Positions 51,158 through 64,000 of a DNA stretch of 64,000 bases are shown piece by piece. The stretch is from NCBI GenBank assembly GCA_951406725.2, contig OX597820.1:18476001-18540000 (forward strand), written 5' to 3'. Every line of letters starts with the position of its first letter. The stretch's first letter is position 1. The translations under genes and the position numbers were made by a program. Source of the stretch: Octopus vulgaris (Eukaryota). Below the pieces are notes generated by a model that was not told the DNA's origin, did not search any database, and worked only from the letters and a program-made list of their open reading frames with translations.

Positions 51158-51563
51158 AGGTGCAGGAGTGGCTGTGTAGTAAGTATCTTGCTTCCCAACC
51201 ACACGGTTCTGGGTTCAGTCCCACTGCGTGGTACCTTGGGCAAGTGTCTTCTACTATGGCCTCGGGCCGACCAAAGCCTTGTGAGTAGATTTGGCAGACG
51301 GAAACTGAAAGAAGCCCATCGTATATATGTATATGTATAAATATGTGTGTGTGTTTGTGTGTCTGTGCTTGTCCCCCCAACATCACTTGACGACTGATGC
51401 TGGAGTGTTTACATCCCCGTCACCTAATGGTTCGGCAAAAGAGACTGATAGAATAAGTACTAGGCTTACAAAGAATAAGTCCTGGGGTCAATTTGCTCGA
51501 CTAAAGGCAGTGCTCCAGCATGGCCACAGTCAACTGACTGAAACAAGTAAAAGAGTAAAAGAG
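51158..51563 (+). mobile_element. SINE family A, full length
   Basis: Matches consensus. Confidence 0.9.
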
Positions 51564-51654
51564 ATTCTGCCAGCTCATTATCTTTACATTAAAAATACAT
51601 CACTATCATTATTATTATTATCATTATTATCATTATTATTATTATTATTATTAT

Positions 51655-52075
51655 CATTTTTTTCCTTCTTTCTTCAAATTTTCTTCCATTTCTTGCCGAG
51701 TGTTTTCTGTACACCTAGGGCAGAGAAGCTCATTGTATGCATTCCCAGATTACACATGCAAATTCACAGATAAAATATGTATTTAAAAATTAATAAATAA
51801 ATAAATTCATGAATGGATGTTGTTTTCATAGTGATAATGCTCTTCTCAGTACATGAGCCGTTCCAGTTAATACGATTTTTTGCACTTCCTGTAGGGATGG
51901 TAGTAAGCCTGGTATCATTTTCAAATAGGTTTCAGTACCTTTTTATCATTCCTAGAGATCCTACAATCACTGGTACTGTAGTCGCCTTGAGATGCAACAT
52001 TTTTTCAATTTCTGTTAGCAGGTCTTTATATTTACAAATCTGGTACCTTTTTTTATCATTCCTAGAGATCCTACA
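51655..52075 (-). mobile_element. Third R4/Dong-like 3' fragment within (TAA)n
   Basis: Reverse complement of 19440-19808; (TTA)n on both sides. Confidence 0.88.
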
Positions 52076-52097
52076 TAGTACCTTATTATTATCAATC

Positions 52098-52155
<58 letters not shown>

Positions 52156-52485
52156 GTGATTGCTTCTGTTTTTATTGTTGTTGTTAAATATACAATGAGC
52201 TAGAAGAATCATCACTGTGCATCACAAAATGCTTGATGACATTTCATTCATCTCTATGTTCTGAGTTCAAATCCTACCAAGATTGACTTTGCCTTTTATC
52301 CTTTAAGAACTAATAAAACAAGTACTAGTTGCGTATTGGGGGTCAATGTAATCAACCAACCCACTTCCCAAAAATTTCAGGCCTTGCGCTTATAGTTAGA
52401 AGACTTGACTTTACCTTTCATCATTTCAGGGTCAATAAAACAAGTACCAGTTGAACACTGGGGTCAATATAATCAATTAAACCCC

Positions 52486-52805
52486 TCATCATCATCATCG
52501 TTTAACGTCCGTTTTCTGTACTAGCATGGGCTGGACGGTTCGACCAGGGTCTGGGAATCCAGGAGGCTGCGCCAGGCTCCAGTCAGATCTGGCAGAGTTT
52601 CTACAGCTTGATGCCATTCCCAACACCAACCACTCCGTGAGTGTAGTGGGTGCTTTTTACGTGCCACCAGCACAGGGGCCAGAAGAGGCTGGCAACGTCC
52701 ACGACTGATTGGTGCTTTTTACGTGTCACCGGAACGGACACCAGTCAAGGCGGCGCTGGCATCAGCCACGTTTGGATGGTATTTTTATGTGCCACCGGCA
52801 CAGAT
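52486..52805 (-). mobile_element. SINE-like family C
   Basis: Core plus tail. Confidence 0.85.
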
Positions 52806-53029
52806 ATCACAACTACAATTTCCATTTGATTTTTATTTTGATGTTGATGTACTTGACTCAAATATCCTCAAGCACAGTAGGTCACCCTACGATCCAAGGT
52901 TAGCACAGCAGGCCATCCTGTGAGCCATGAACTCACTTCATTTGTCGGGTCCAAGTATTCTGCCTATAGTAGAAAGGATTGTTGTTGTTATTGTCATCAC
53001 CGTCATCGTATAGAGGCAATACCAAGATC

Positions 53030-53950
53030 ATTTTATACGAGGTTGAGGTGATTTTGAAGTATCCCAGTAGGTACACAGCTGTATGGAAATTTGTGGCTGC
53101 AGCAGAAGGACCCTTAAGGACCAGATTTAACAATCACAAGTCCTCCTTTAATATCCAGAAGAGATGAAATGCGATAACCCTAACAAGTTAGGGTTAACAA
53201 GTTGCATTTGGTTATTGAAAGAAAGTGCCATAGATTACATCACCAAATGGAGAATACTGGGAAGATGTAAGCTTTACTTCAATTGCAGGAAAAAGTGCCA
53301 GCACTCTCAGGCAGACAACAGAATTACACTAAAGAATTCTCTTTACCCAAATAGTTGCCAAAACTTTAAAAGTGAAATCTTTTAATCCTGACCTCATGAA
53401 CAAAGATATTTGAATAGTAGCAGACAGCACCATGAATATAAACATTTGTTCTTCCACCACCAGGACTTCCCATCACCATAACCTGAGGGATTAAGCATAA
53501 GACCACCACACCCAGTTCATTATATACAAGCACACATATACATGTCAACAGCTGATTTTAAGATCAACCCTTCTCACCATGCCCTCTTTCTGCCAACCTT
53601 TGTATACACATCAACCCCATCCTACCTACACCCCAGTCCCGACCCGACTTTACAAGTATTTACTCCTTATTACTGTGATGTAACTGTTTGGTCCTTATCC
53701 AAGAAGTATAACGCTAATGAAGAAAAAATTTTCCCTCTAAGCTGCTCCCACAGATTTTTTGATTTCAATTTTTCACCACAAGTATGTGGTAAAGAACTGT
53801 CACTATACTCTTCCTACCAGCTCCTCTGATGAGAGCCAAGATTGCTTTTTTGCTCTTTTCTTTTTAGTCTAACTTTCATGTGTGAAACCAGAAGGTGAAA
53901 AACAGCTGAAATGGATCTATAATACTGTATTGCATGAATATTGATACATC
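53030..53950 (+). mobile_element. Penelope-like element remnant (GIY-YIG endonuclease and 3' region)
   Basis: AEGPLRTRFNNHKSSFN...LTSCIWLLKESAIDYITKWRILGRCK...KKC; downstream CTGATGA at 53826. Confidence 0.8.
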
Positions 53951-54134
53951 AGGCTATTGACAAATATACAGTAGGGAAATGGCACTTGATCCATTAAGTA
54001 AAAAGTAAAGCTTTCCTTCTCGAGTGATACTGACCCACAAGGGCCCACAAGTGGGACAAGGGCCACGGAAAGTTTGCATGATGAACTTCTATAAAAGACA
54101 AATGTACAAGTTCTAAATCATGAAGTCTTAGTCA

Positions 54135-54177
<43 letters not shown>

Positions 54178-54179
<2 letters not shown>

Positions 54180-54480
54180 TCATCATCATCATCATCATCA
54201 TTTAGCGTCCGCTTTCCGTGCTAGCATGGGTTGGACGGTTCAACTGGGGTCTGTGAAGCCAGAAGGCTGCATCAGGCCCAGTCTGATCTGGCAGTGTTTC
54301 TACAGCTGGATGCCCTTCCTAACGCCAACCACTCCATGAGTGTAGTGGGTGCTTTTTACGTGCCACCCGCACAGGTGCCAGACGGAGCTGGCAAACGGCC
54401 ACGAACGGATGGTGCTTTTACGTGCCACCGGCACGGGGGCCAGGCGAGGCTGGTAACGGACACGAACGGATGGTGCTTTC
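54178..54480 (-). mobile_element. SINE-like family C
   Basis: Core plus tail. Confidence 0.85.
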
Positions 54481-55121
54481 CATTGATCGATTTCGATTCT
54501 GATCTGCGTTGCCTTACTGGCGCTAGTGCTGGTGGCATGTGAAAAAACATAAGAGCAATCTTCAAAAGGAATGAAAAATAAAAACTTTTACCTTGTTATT
54601 TTAATCTGGTCAGACCTAAATTTCAAAATTTTTTAGCAAATAAAATAATTTGCTAGGCGAATTTTTCATCAGTGACCACACCATAACACTAACATATAAT
54701 TAAGAGACAAATAACATGTGTCTCATCATTATACATTACAACTTTTCAAATTCACTGCGGAAGCGCAGTTTCAGTCAGAAGTAAATGAATAAAAGCCAAA
54801 CTAATCTCTTAAAAATTACTAAATATGCATAAAATATAGAGTAGTGAGTTTTTTTAGAAATTTCAGTACCGGTGGCCTAGCATGTATAAAATGTCAATAG
54901 ACAACATATTCTCAATATGAAATAGTTTACATTTAAACACAAGAGAAAACTGCCTTCAACAGGCAGTTTTTACATGCTAGAAGAAATAGTCAAAATGACC
55001 AAAACCACATTTAAGAGCAATCTTCAAAAGGAATGATAAATGTGATCTCGTGTGTACCGTTGGCGATTTATTATTTTTTTTCCCCTCTATCTTCCCTTCT
55101 CGGGATCTTTCCTTCTCCTAT

Positions 55122-55156
55122 GTTTCCGACGAAGAGCTCCGCTCGAAACGTCAAAC
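55122..55156 (+). ncRNA. Minimal hammerhead motif, U4C variant, within a short element (55040-55260)
   Basis: GTTT-CCGACGA-A-GAGC(tcc)GCTC-GAAA-CG-TC-AAAC. Confidence 0.6.
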
Positions 55157-55733
55157 CCTCCTTCTTCCCTTCTTTCTTGAGCGTCCAATAATACTTTATT
55201 TGTTCCACGTCCTTGTGTTGTTGTGTTTTTTTGTTTTTGTTTTCTTGTTTGGATTAACTTTATATATATATATACATACATACATATATACATATATATA
55301 TATATACACATATATACTCAAATATTATATGTGTGTATGTATAACACATACATACATAGATACAAAAATAATACACATGTGCTTGTATTTATGTATGTAA
55401 TGTATGTATGTATGTGTGTACTAAATTACATGGAAAATGGTACGGCCTGATAAGGAAATAATTTTGCATATGAAAGCATAATATATTTCTAAAACATTTT
55501 TACATTCTTCAAATATATTTAGTCAGGCTGCTTGTAATTCTAAAGAGAATGGAATAACTTGTAACCTGTTGTTACATTGTTAGATTACAGCCTTGACAGA
55601 AAGACTATATTTATAAGCACCTAAGTAAATATGTGTATATGGGTATTTTAGATTTTAAGAAATTTCTTTTTTAGATTTTTTTATTTTAATGGTTTTGCTG
55701 AACTGTGGCCATGATGTATTAGAAATTTCAAGA

Positions 55734-56077
55734 AGGTGTAGGAGTGGCTGTGTGGTAAGTAGCTTGCTTACAAACCACATGGTTCCGGGTTCAGTCCCAC
55801 TGCATAGCACCTTGGGCAAGTGTCTTCTACTATAGCCTCGGGCCGACCAAAGCCTTGTGAGTGGATTTGGTAGATAGAAACTGACAGAAGCCTATCATAT
55901 ATATATATATATAGGCCTAGGAGTGGCTGTGTGGCAAGTAGCTTGCTTACCAACCACATGGTTCTGGGTTCAGACCCACTGCGTGACACCTTGGGCAAGT
56001 GTCTTCTACTATAGCCTCAGGCTGACCAAAGCCATGTGAGTGGATTTGGAAGAGGGAAACTGAAAGAAGCCCGTCGT

Positions 56078-56167
<90 letters not shown>

Positions 56168-56392
56168 GTATGTATGTATGTGTATATGTTTGTGTGTTTG
56201 TGTTTGTCCCCCTAGCATTGCTTGACAACCGATGCTGGTGTGTTTACATCCCCGTAACTTAGCAGTTCAGCAAAAAGAGACCGATAGAATAAGTACTAGG
56301 CTTACAAAGAATAAGTCCTGGGGTCGATTCGCTCGACTAAAGGCGGTGCTCCATCATGGCCACAGTCAAATGATTAAAACAAGTAAAAGAGT
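55734..56392 (+). mobile_element. SINE family A with duplicated head
   Basis: Two tRNA-like heads followed by one 3' half. Confidence 0.9.
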
Positions 56393-56753
56393 ATGGGGCT
56401 TTTAGTAAATTACATTAACCCAGAGCATTGTCTTGTAGTTATATTTAATGCATACATATACGTATATATGCATGTATATATATATATATGTGTGTGTGTG
56501 TGGAGGGAGGGTATTATGTGCGTATATATGTGTGTGTGTGTATATATATATGTGTGTGTGTGTGTATGTATATGTATATAGGCACAGGAGTGGTTGTGTG
56601 GTAAGAAGCTGACTTCCCAACCACATGATTCTGGTTTCAGTCCCACTGCATGGCACCCTGGGCAAGCACCTTCTGCTATAGCCTCAGGCAAATCAAAGCC
56701 TTGTGAGTGGATTCGGTTGAAGGAAACTGAAAGAAGCCTGTTGTGTGTGTGTG

Positions 56754-56794
<41 letters not shown>

Positions 56795-56985
56795 ATGAGA
56801 ATGTGTGTCTGTCTGTGTTTCTGTGTGAATTCCTAAAACTTGAGAACTATACAACCAATTTCATTCAAATTTTACACATGCCTTACTTAGGGTCCATGTA
56901 GTGTCATGGGCAAAATTGCCACGCAGTGGGACTGAAGCCGGAACCATCTGGTTAGTAAGCAAGCTACTTACCACACAGCCCCTCC

Positions 56986-57216
56986 TGTTTATGTTTATGT
57001 TTATGTTTTCCAGTTTCAGCTCTAGAGCTGTGGCCATGCTGGGGCACCGCCATTGTGGTGAAAGAGTACAGCAGGGATCACCACCCCCTGCCGGAGCCTC
57101 GTAGAGCTTTTAGGTGTTTTCGCTCAATAAACACACACAACGCCCGGTCCGAGAATCGAAACCGCAATCCTGCGACCGCGAGTCCGCTGCCCTAACCACT
57201 AGGCCATTGCGCCTCC
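56986..57216 (-). mobile_element. tRNA-derived SINE family D sharing its 3' end with family A
   Basis: GGAGGCGCAATGGCCTAGTGGTTAGGGC...GGTTTCGATTC head; ggcggtgccccagcatggccacag; (AAACAT)n tail. Confidence 0.8.
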
Positions 57217-58139
57217 TGTGTATATATATTTTTTTCAAAAGATAGTCATCTCTGGTTTTCAAGAGAATTCTACCGTAATATATCTAAGACGATTGAAAGG
57301 AGACACAGAGATACTCATGTTGGCTTGAAGCTAATAAAGTTGAAGTTAATGACCAGTTATTAAAAATTAGGGGTAAATAATTACCAATTTTCTTATATTT
57401 ATCGCTTAGACAGAGAAATGATGGCAGCAACCACGGTGTTCTTTGCAGAGTCTCTGAGATTGGAATGAAGAAGAAAGCAGGGAGGAAAGGTATGTCACAA
57501 TGGTTTTTATCCTTGGCTTGGCACAGGACATCAAGATAGTGAGTTCCCCTCAGACTGGGGACCTGGTCCAAAAGATTGCTACAGAATGGTCTTGTGACAG
57601 CAATATCCAGGGGCCAGGTGGTGGTAATAGTGGTGGTATTAGTGGTGGTGTTGGTGGTGGTATTAATGGTGGTGTTGCTGGTGGTGTTGCTGGTGGTGGT
57701 GGTAGTGGCAGTGATGGTGGAGTTTGTGGTGGTGTCGGTAGTGGTGGTGGCATTGGCAATGGTGGTGTTGTTGTTGTTGCTGGGTGTGGCAGTGGTGGTG
57801 TTGTGGGTGTGGCAGTGGTGGTTGTAGTGGTGGTGGGTGGTGGTGGTGGTGGTGGTGCTATTGTTGTTAGTGGTAGTGGTGGTGGAGGTGCTGGTGTTAC
57901 ACCAGGAGAGAGATCAAGTCAAATATCCAGCAATGGGCACAGTCAGTTTAAGGTGCTTCCATGCTTCCATACATTTACCAATTTGCTGCTGTCCCACTCA
58001 TGAAGATTAGGTTAACCAAAGATTATGGTATGAGAGACCTGTCTATGGCATGTCACATTGGGATTGAACCTAAAGCCACATGATTGCAAAGGAAACAGCT
58101 TAATTAAATAGCCATAAGTTTGAGCTGAATAGAGTAGAG

Positions 58140-58610
58140 CAGTGGTTCCCAAACTTTTTCGGGTTGCCACCCCCTTGATACCTAGGCCACATTCCTAGCA
58201 CCCCCACCCCAACTAACCATAACGAACATAGACCCCTTTCTGAGGCAGATTCAAAACAACTGTATTTAACAAATAAAACTTAACCTCATGAACCCATTAT
58301 TTTGCTGTCTTTACATGAATCGCTACCCTGTTATCACCCCACTTTTTATATGAATCGCTACTTCCTTATCACTCCACTTTTTACATGAATCGCTACCCCA
58401 TTATCCCCCCACTTTTCACATGAATCACTACCCCATTATCACCCCACTTTTTACATGAATCGCTACCCCATTATCACCCCACTTTTTACATGAATCACTA
58501 CTTCCTTATCACCCCACTTTTAACATGAATAGCTACCCCATTATCACCCCACTTTTTACATGAATCGCTACCCCGTCATCACTCCATTTTTTACATGAAT
58601 TACTATCGAA
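58140..58610. repeat. hAT-type terminal sequence followed by a 35-bp minisatellite (about 9 units, 58310-58605)
   Basis: CAGTGGTTCCCAAACTTTT start; (ca)tgaat recurs every 35 bp. Confidence 0.85.
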
Positions 58611-59539
58611 TGTTCGGGTATGTGTGTGAGTATGTTTGCCTCCAGTGCCAAAAAGCACTCTCACCAAAGCATGTTAAACGTCCAGTCAACCACGCCAAAT
58701 TATCAGCACCCGAATAGCAGTGCCAAGTCATCAGCAGCCACACAGCCATGCCAAATCATCAACACCCAAACAGCTACGCCTGTTTGTTTCATTCCAGCAC
58801 CATTGTTTGGCATTGTTATGTTATCGCAAGAAGAGAGCACCACTAAACAATACATGTACTGAATCATGAAACTGAATGTGGAAGAATCAAAATGCAGATA
58901 CTTCTTCAACAACAACATTGATATCAGCAACTCCAATTGTTGTTTTAATGGTATTTCGTATTTTCTGTTATCTGCAAATGTGCGAACTAAGCTTCAGGGC
59001 TGGAAATAAGAATGGAAGACATAGAATATAAGTTTTGAAGAATCAAAGTTATGTTGAGAAAGAATTAGAGAAATCTCATTGATAATTAGAGACAAATGTT
59101 TGAAAATGGTAAACCGAGATAAAAACAGGGAGTAAAATACTTTGAATTTTTTTTTGTTGTGGTTGTTATCATTGCTGTTTCCTTCTTTATATGAAAAAAA
59201 AAAATTACTTGAGAGAAAAGAGATACTTGGAAATGTTGAATAAAAAGTGTTTAAATTTTTATAAAAAGAAAAGATAAATAGAAAGAAAACAGTAATAATG
59301 ATAATAAACAAATAGAAAAATTGTTCTAATTCTAGAATTTTTGCAGATTTAGTTTCCTTGTCTATCATGTCTTGGCGTGAGTGGAACATATGGCAAAGAT
59401 TATTTTTACAAACTAACGTATGTATGATGTGGGAAGTTGGCAAATACGAAACACAAATATGGTACAAAGACTTGGTCTGAAGAGAGGGATATTCTGAACG
59501 TTTGCATCAGTTTACTTCGATAAAAAAGAAATAGAAACA

Positions 59540-59767
<228 letters not shown>

Positions 59768-60149
59768 AGTAAATGTGACTATTAAAGTATTTACGGTCAT
59801 TTAGTGTAAAAGATTTGGGGGAGGGAGCGATGGTTCAGCATAGTCTATGAGATTTCCAGGCCCAGATGTAACTAGAAACCCTTGCTTTGCTTGTAAACTG
59901 AACACTGGAGGTGTTCAGCTTTCTACATGATCTAAGGATTGGGTTTCAATTAATTGTGGCCTTTTTTCTTGGAGAAACCTCACTGTCTGAAAATAAAAAA
60001 TCTTAAAACTATGGAAGAAATGGATAAGAAATTAGTAGAACCCAGAAGAAAAACATGACCAATTTTCTTTTAAAAGATCAGAACCATGAGACACTTTGAT
60101 ATTTGATAAGGGAGGTTGTTTGGGAACTTCTTTTCTTTTTTTTTTTTTC

Positions 60150-60580
60150 TACTCAAGGCACAAGGCCCAAAATTTTTGGGGAGGGAGCCAGTCGATTAGA
60201 CTGATCTCAGTATGCAACTAGTACTTAATTTATTGACCCTGAAAGGATGAAAGGCAAATTCGACCTCAGCGGAACTTGAACTCTGAACATAAAGACATGA
60301 AATACTGCTAAGCATTTCACCTGGCATGCTAATATTTCTGCCTGCTCGCCACCTTAACAATAATAATCTTTCTATTATAGGCACAAGGCCCAAAATTTGG
60401 TGGGTGAGGGCCAGTCGATTAGATCTACCCCACTACGCAACTGGTACTTAATTTATTAACCCCGAAAGAGTGAAAGCTAAAGTTGACCTTGGTGGAATTT
60501 GAACTCAGAACGTAGAGACAGACGGAATATCGCTAAGCATTTCGCCAAGCATGCTAACATTTCTACCAACTCACTGCCTT
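60150..60580 (-). mobile_element. Two tandem family B SINEs
   Basis: Match consensus. Confidence 0.88.
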
Positions 60581-60861
60581 GTTGTTTGGGAACTTATCCA
60601 AGAGTTTAGCAGTATAAGTTGGTTATTATTTAAAGGGAAAAATCATAATTTGGGTCCTAATCTTGATCAGCTGGGAACTTCCTAACTCTTGTTCCCTTTC
60701 TGTTAGCACCATTTGTTCTTTAACATTCAAGGGATGAAATGAGGCTGTATAATGAAAGCCTTTGACTCACAGTGATGTGGTCCTTGGTTCAATCTCGCAA
60801 TGCAGCACTTAAACGAATGCTTTCTATTATAGCTTCAGGTTTGCCAATGATTTATGAGTGA

Positions 60862-60903
<42 letters not shown>

Positions 60904-61099
60904 ACAAGAGTGTGTGTGTGCGTGTACATATCTCAATGTGTATTTCTAATCGGTATATCTTTACTACCTCTCAAGAGATTTTAATTTTATGAATTAATTA
61001 TCTGAAGATTACTGAATCGAAACAGTTGTCAGAGATGTTGTCATATTTTATAATTAATAAATAATATTTTATTAATTACCTCTCCATTCTCTCTTCATT

Positions 61100-61141
<42 letters not shown>

Positions 61142-61269
61142 GTGTGTGTGTGTGTGTATTCTTTTATTCTTTTACTCTTTTACTCGTTGCAGTCATTTGA
61201 CTGTGGCCATGCTGGAGCACCACCTTTAGTCAAACAGATCAATCCTCTTCCCCAGGGGGACCGGTCTTA

Positions 61270-61500
61270 ATACTTCTGCTGTGGACATGGGTTTTCTTGA
61301 TTCGAGCAAGGTGCCAAGCATCCTAGTCCTTTATCATCTTGCCTCATAGATTCAGCATCCTGAGGTCATTTTTTCAGTTCTTCGTATCCATGCCTACCTG
61401 GGTCTCCAAATTCTAGGTGTTCCATCTACTTTGAGAGATCAGTACTTCCTTATGGAACTGTCAGCATCCATCTTCATCACATAACCAAACCAGCACAGTC
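61270..61500 (-). mobile_element. RTE LINE 3' coding remnant
   Basis: [12 protein letters not shown]...KVDG...RPR*AW...DLRML...D*DAW. Confidence 0.7.
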
Positions 61501-61501
61501 T

Positions 61502-61541
<40 letters not shown>

Positions 61542-61543
61542 AA

Positions 61544-61591
<48 letters not shown>

Positions 61592-61612
61592 GTATGTATA
61601 TATATGTATATA

Positions 61613-61705
<93 letters not shown>

Positions 61706-61711
61706 ATATAT

Positions 61712-61786
<75 letters not shown>

Positions 61787-62332
61787 ATATATGTATATAA
61801 ATATATGTACACACAATCACACACATACACACACACATGATATACATGCATACACGCACAAAAGTACACATACACACAAGCACACTAGCATACAGAGAAA
61901 CACATATTCATGTATGTATGTTTGTATTTATATATCTATGTATATATATATATGTATATATTAATATATAGTGTAGCTAAATGGTCCATGACTGAGTTTC
62001 ATGCCAGTCAGTGAAGGTAACCATCAGATTAGGTAGTGATCAAAGAATTTTATTCCAATAAATGTTTTTAAATAACGCTTGATGTCGATAATGGCAAGAT
62101 GTAAACATTTGGCTTAGACGAACGCAAAAATTTTCAAATGAATCTCAAATGAAAAAACTTATCCAAAGTAATGGTTCTTTAATAGAATTTGGCAGTAAAT
62201 TAAAAGAATATTAGAACATCGAAAGAGAAATGTCTTATAGTGTTTGGTTTCTTTGCTCTGTGTTTTCTGAGTTCGGATCCAAGTTAGTCATAACCAGTAA
62301 AAACGATGATAGGTTAGTTAGTTGGTAAGAAT

Positions 62333-62962
62333 CAGGGGCATGGTTGATCCTAAGGCGATGAGCTGGCAGAATCGTTAGCACACCGGGCAAAATGCTTAGC
62401 GGTATTTCGTCTGCTGTTATGTTCTGAGTTCAAATTCTGCCGAGGTCGACTTTGCCTTTCATCCTTTCGGAGTCGATAAAATTAAGTACCAGTTATGCAC
62501 TGGGGTCGATGTAATCAACTTAATCCGTTTGTCTGTACTTGTTTGTCTTCTCTGTGTTTAGCCCCTTGCGGGTAGTAACGAAATAGGCATTTCGTCTGCT
62601 GTTACGTTCTGAGTTCAAATTCAACCGAGGTCGACTTTGCCATTCATCCTTTCAGGATCGATAAATTAAGTACCAGTTACACACTGGCGTCGATGTAATT
62701 GACTTAATCCCTTTGTCTGTCCCTTTTTGTCCACTCTATGTTCAGCCCCTTGTGGGCAATAAAGAAATAAGAATCAGGGGCATAGCTAGGGCAAATGGTG
62801 CCCAGGGCAAGCATCAAAATTATGCCCCCATCCCCAACCAAAAAGGGGAAACTCACATAGAAATGGCTTAATTAGAAAAGGATCTTGGTGAAAATTGCGC
62901 CCTGTCCCAAAGTGGTGTCCAATGCATGTGCCCTGCTTGCCCCCACCATAGCTATGCCCTTG
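62333..62962. mobile_element. hAT MITE (8-bp TSD gtaagaat) interrupted by a dimeric family B SINE (about 62352-62767)
   Basis: TIRs CAGGGGCATAGCTA / TAGCTATGCCCTTG; SINE TSD taagaatcaggggcat at 62326-62341 and 62768-62783. Confidence 0.85.
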
Positions 62963-64000
62963 GTAAGAATAGGAGAGGGGTATAGTAGTCTGGATCCCCT
63001 TTGGGGTGCAATGGTCATCAAGAGAGTGGCTGTCCCCCTGCGGGCTTCTTGACATTTGGCAGACAGACTGCGTTGCGGTATCGACCAAACAGTCACGGTC
63101 TGGCCGGTAACAGCAGCCAGGCTGGCAGCATAGGCTGCGGTCACATCCATGCAGATGCAGATGCTGACAGGCATGCATGACAACACTGTGCCAAACGCCG
63201 GGCATCATCATTGGAGCATTGAGGAGTAGCCGGAAGATGGTGCAGATGGCCGTGGAAGGAAGGTGCACCAGAGGTAGACCGGGGCGGCACAAGAAACAGT
63301 GGGTGACCTTCACGAACTCACTGAGCATGCTGCTCAAATGATTTCAGTTGTTTGTTCTTAAGGTCAACATTCAAGGTTGGAGGAGAGGAAAACAAAAAGG
63401 GACAATCAGGGAGGTCCTGTGCATTCATTGAGCAAACATGCATATAATAATAATAATAATAATAATAATAAATGCGAAAACAAATGTCAGTCTGTTAGTG
63501 TGTCAGTGTGTCACACTTTTTCAACTTTACTCCTCACCACTCTCTCTCACTATTCAATGACACTTCTACTATTCCTCATGCTTTACCCCTCTCTCACTAT
63601 TCAATGACACTTCTACTGTTCTTCATTCTCTAAATATTATAAATTTTCTCTAAATATTATAACTGTATCAAGTAATTTAACCATAACACGTGCTTCATAA
63701 TGTTCGGAACAGAAATACATATTGAACTCACTGACTACCATAAAAAGTTTGGAAATTTAGTATTTTTTCAGATATTAATAAAATTTTTCAGACCTATTTT
63801 CATGCTATCGGCCGTCAAAGATATGGAAACTTAGTGCACTCCGACTGCATGAAAATAGATTCGACTAATTTTATTATTATCTTAAAAAATAATAATTCTA
63901 CTCTCTAAAACAGTTTTCTTTCTTAATCCTAAAATTTTGAAAAAAATATTTCTCTAAATATTATAACTATTTCCAAAATAAACATTTTGAAAAAATCTTT

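Noticed and set aside
57500-58003. Gly-rich 167-aa ORF
   Set aside because: Core is a degenerate (GGT)n tract; flanks have no recognisable similarity
59349-59417. Possible plus-strand exon after ttttgcag
   Set aside because: Splice-like signals only; no partner exons or homology
61000-61036. Functional hammerhead
   Set aside because: Core is 2 nt short before the GATT/AATC stem; counted only as a decayed relic
62786-63337. 183-aa minus-strand ORF in a GC-richer patch
   Set aside because: Runs into a MITE; the plus strand has VEGRCTRGRP...KKQW, resembling an RTE 3' end, so probably TE-derived

Overview
AT-rich, repeat-saturated animal genomic DNA. It is most likely an octopus (coleoid cephalopod), judged from an invertebrate-code cox1 NUMT, a mollusc-type 5S copy and the SINE/microsatellite landscape. 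No host protein-coding exon could be supported, so the window looks intronic or intergenic, and almost all ORFs in the track are microsatellite artefacts. Recognisable content: (1) dozens of copies of at least five SINE-like families; (2) (TAA)n-targeting R4/Dong-type non-LTR elements, one with about 425 open codons; (3) decayed RTE, Gypsy, Penelope, hAT, Tc1, mariner and Helitron remnants plus MITEs; (4) a cox1 NUMT and a dispersed 5S rRNA copy. The most striking pattern is a swarm of minimal type-I hammerhead ribozyme motifs (CUGANGA...GAAA...UH with paired stems). They sit in several unrelated short non-coding element families, most abutting (TA)n tracts and often in inverted pairs, and one family has a tRNA-like Pol III head. 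Coordinates were read by eye; element boundaries are approximate unless a TSD or TIR is quoted.
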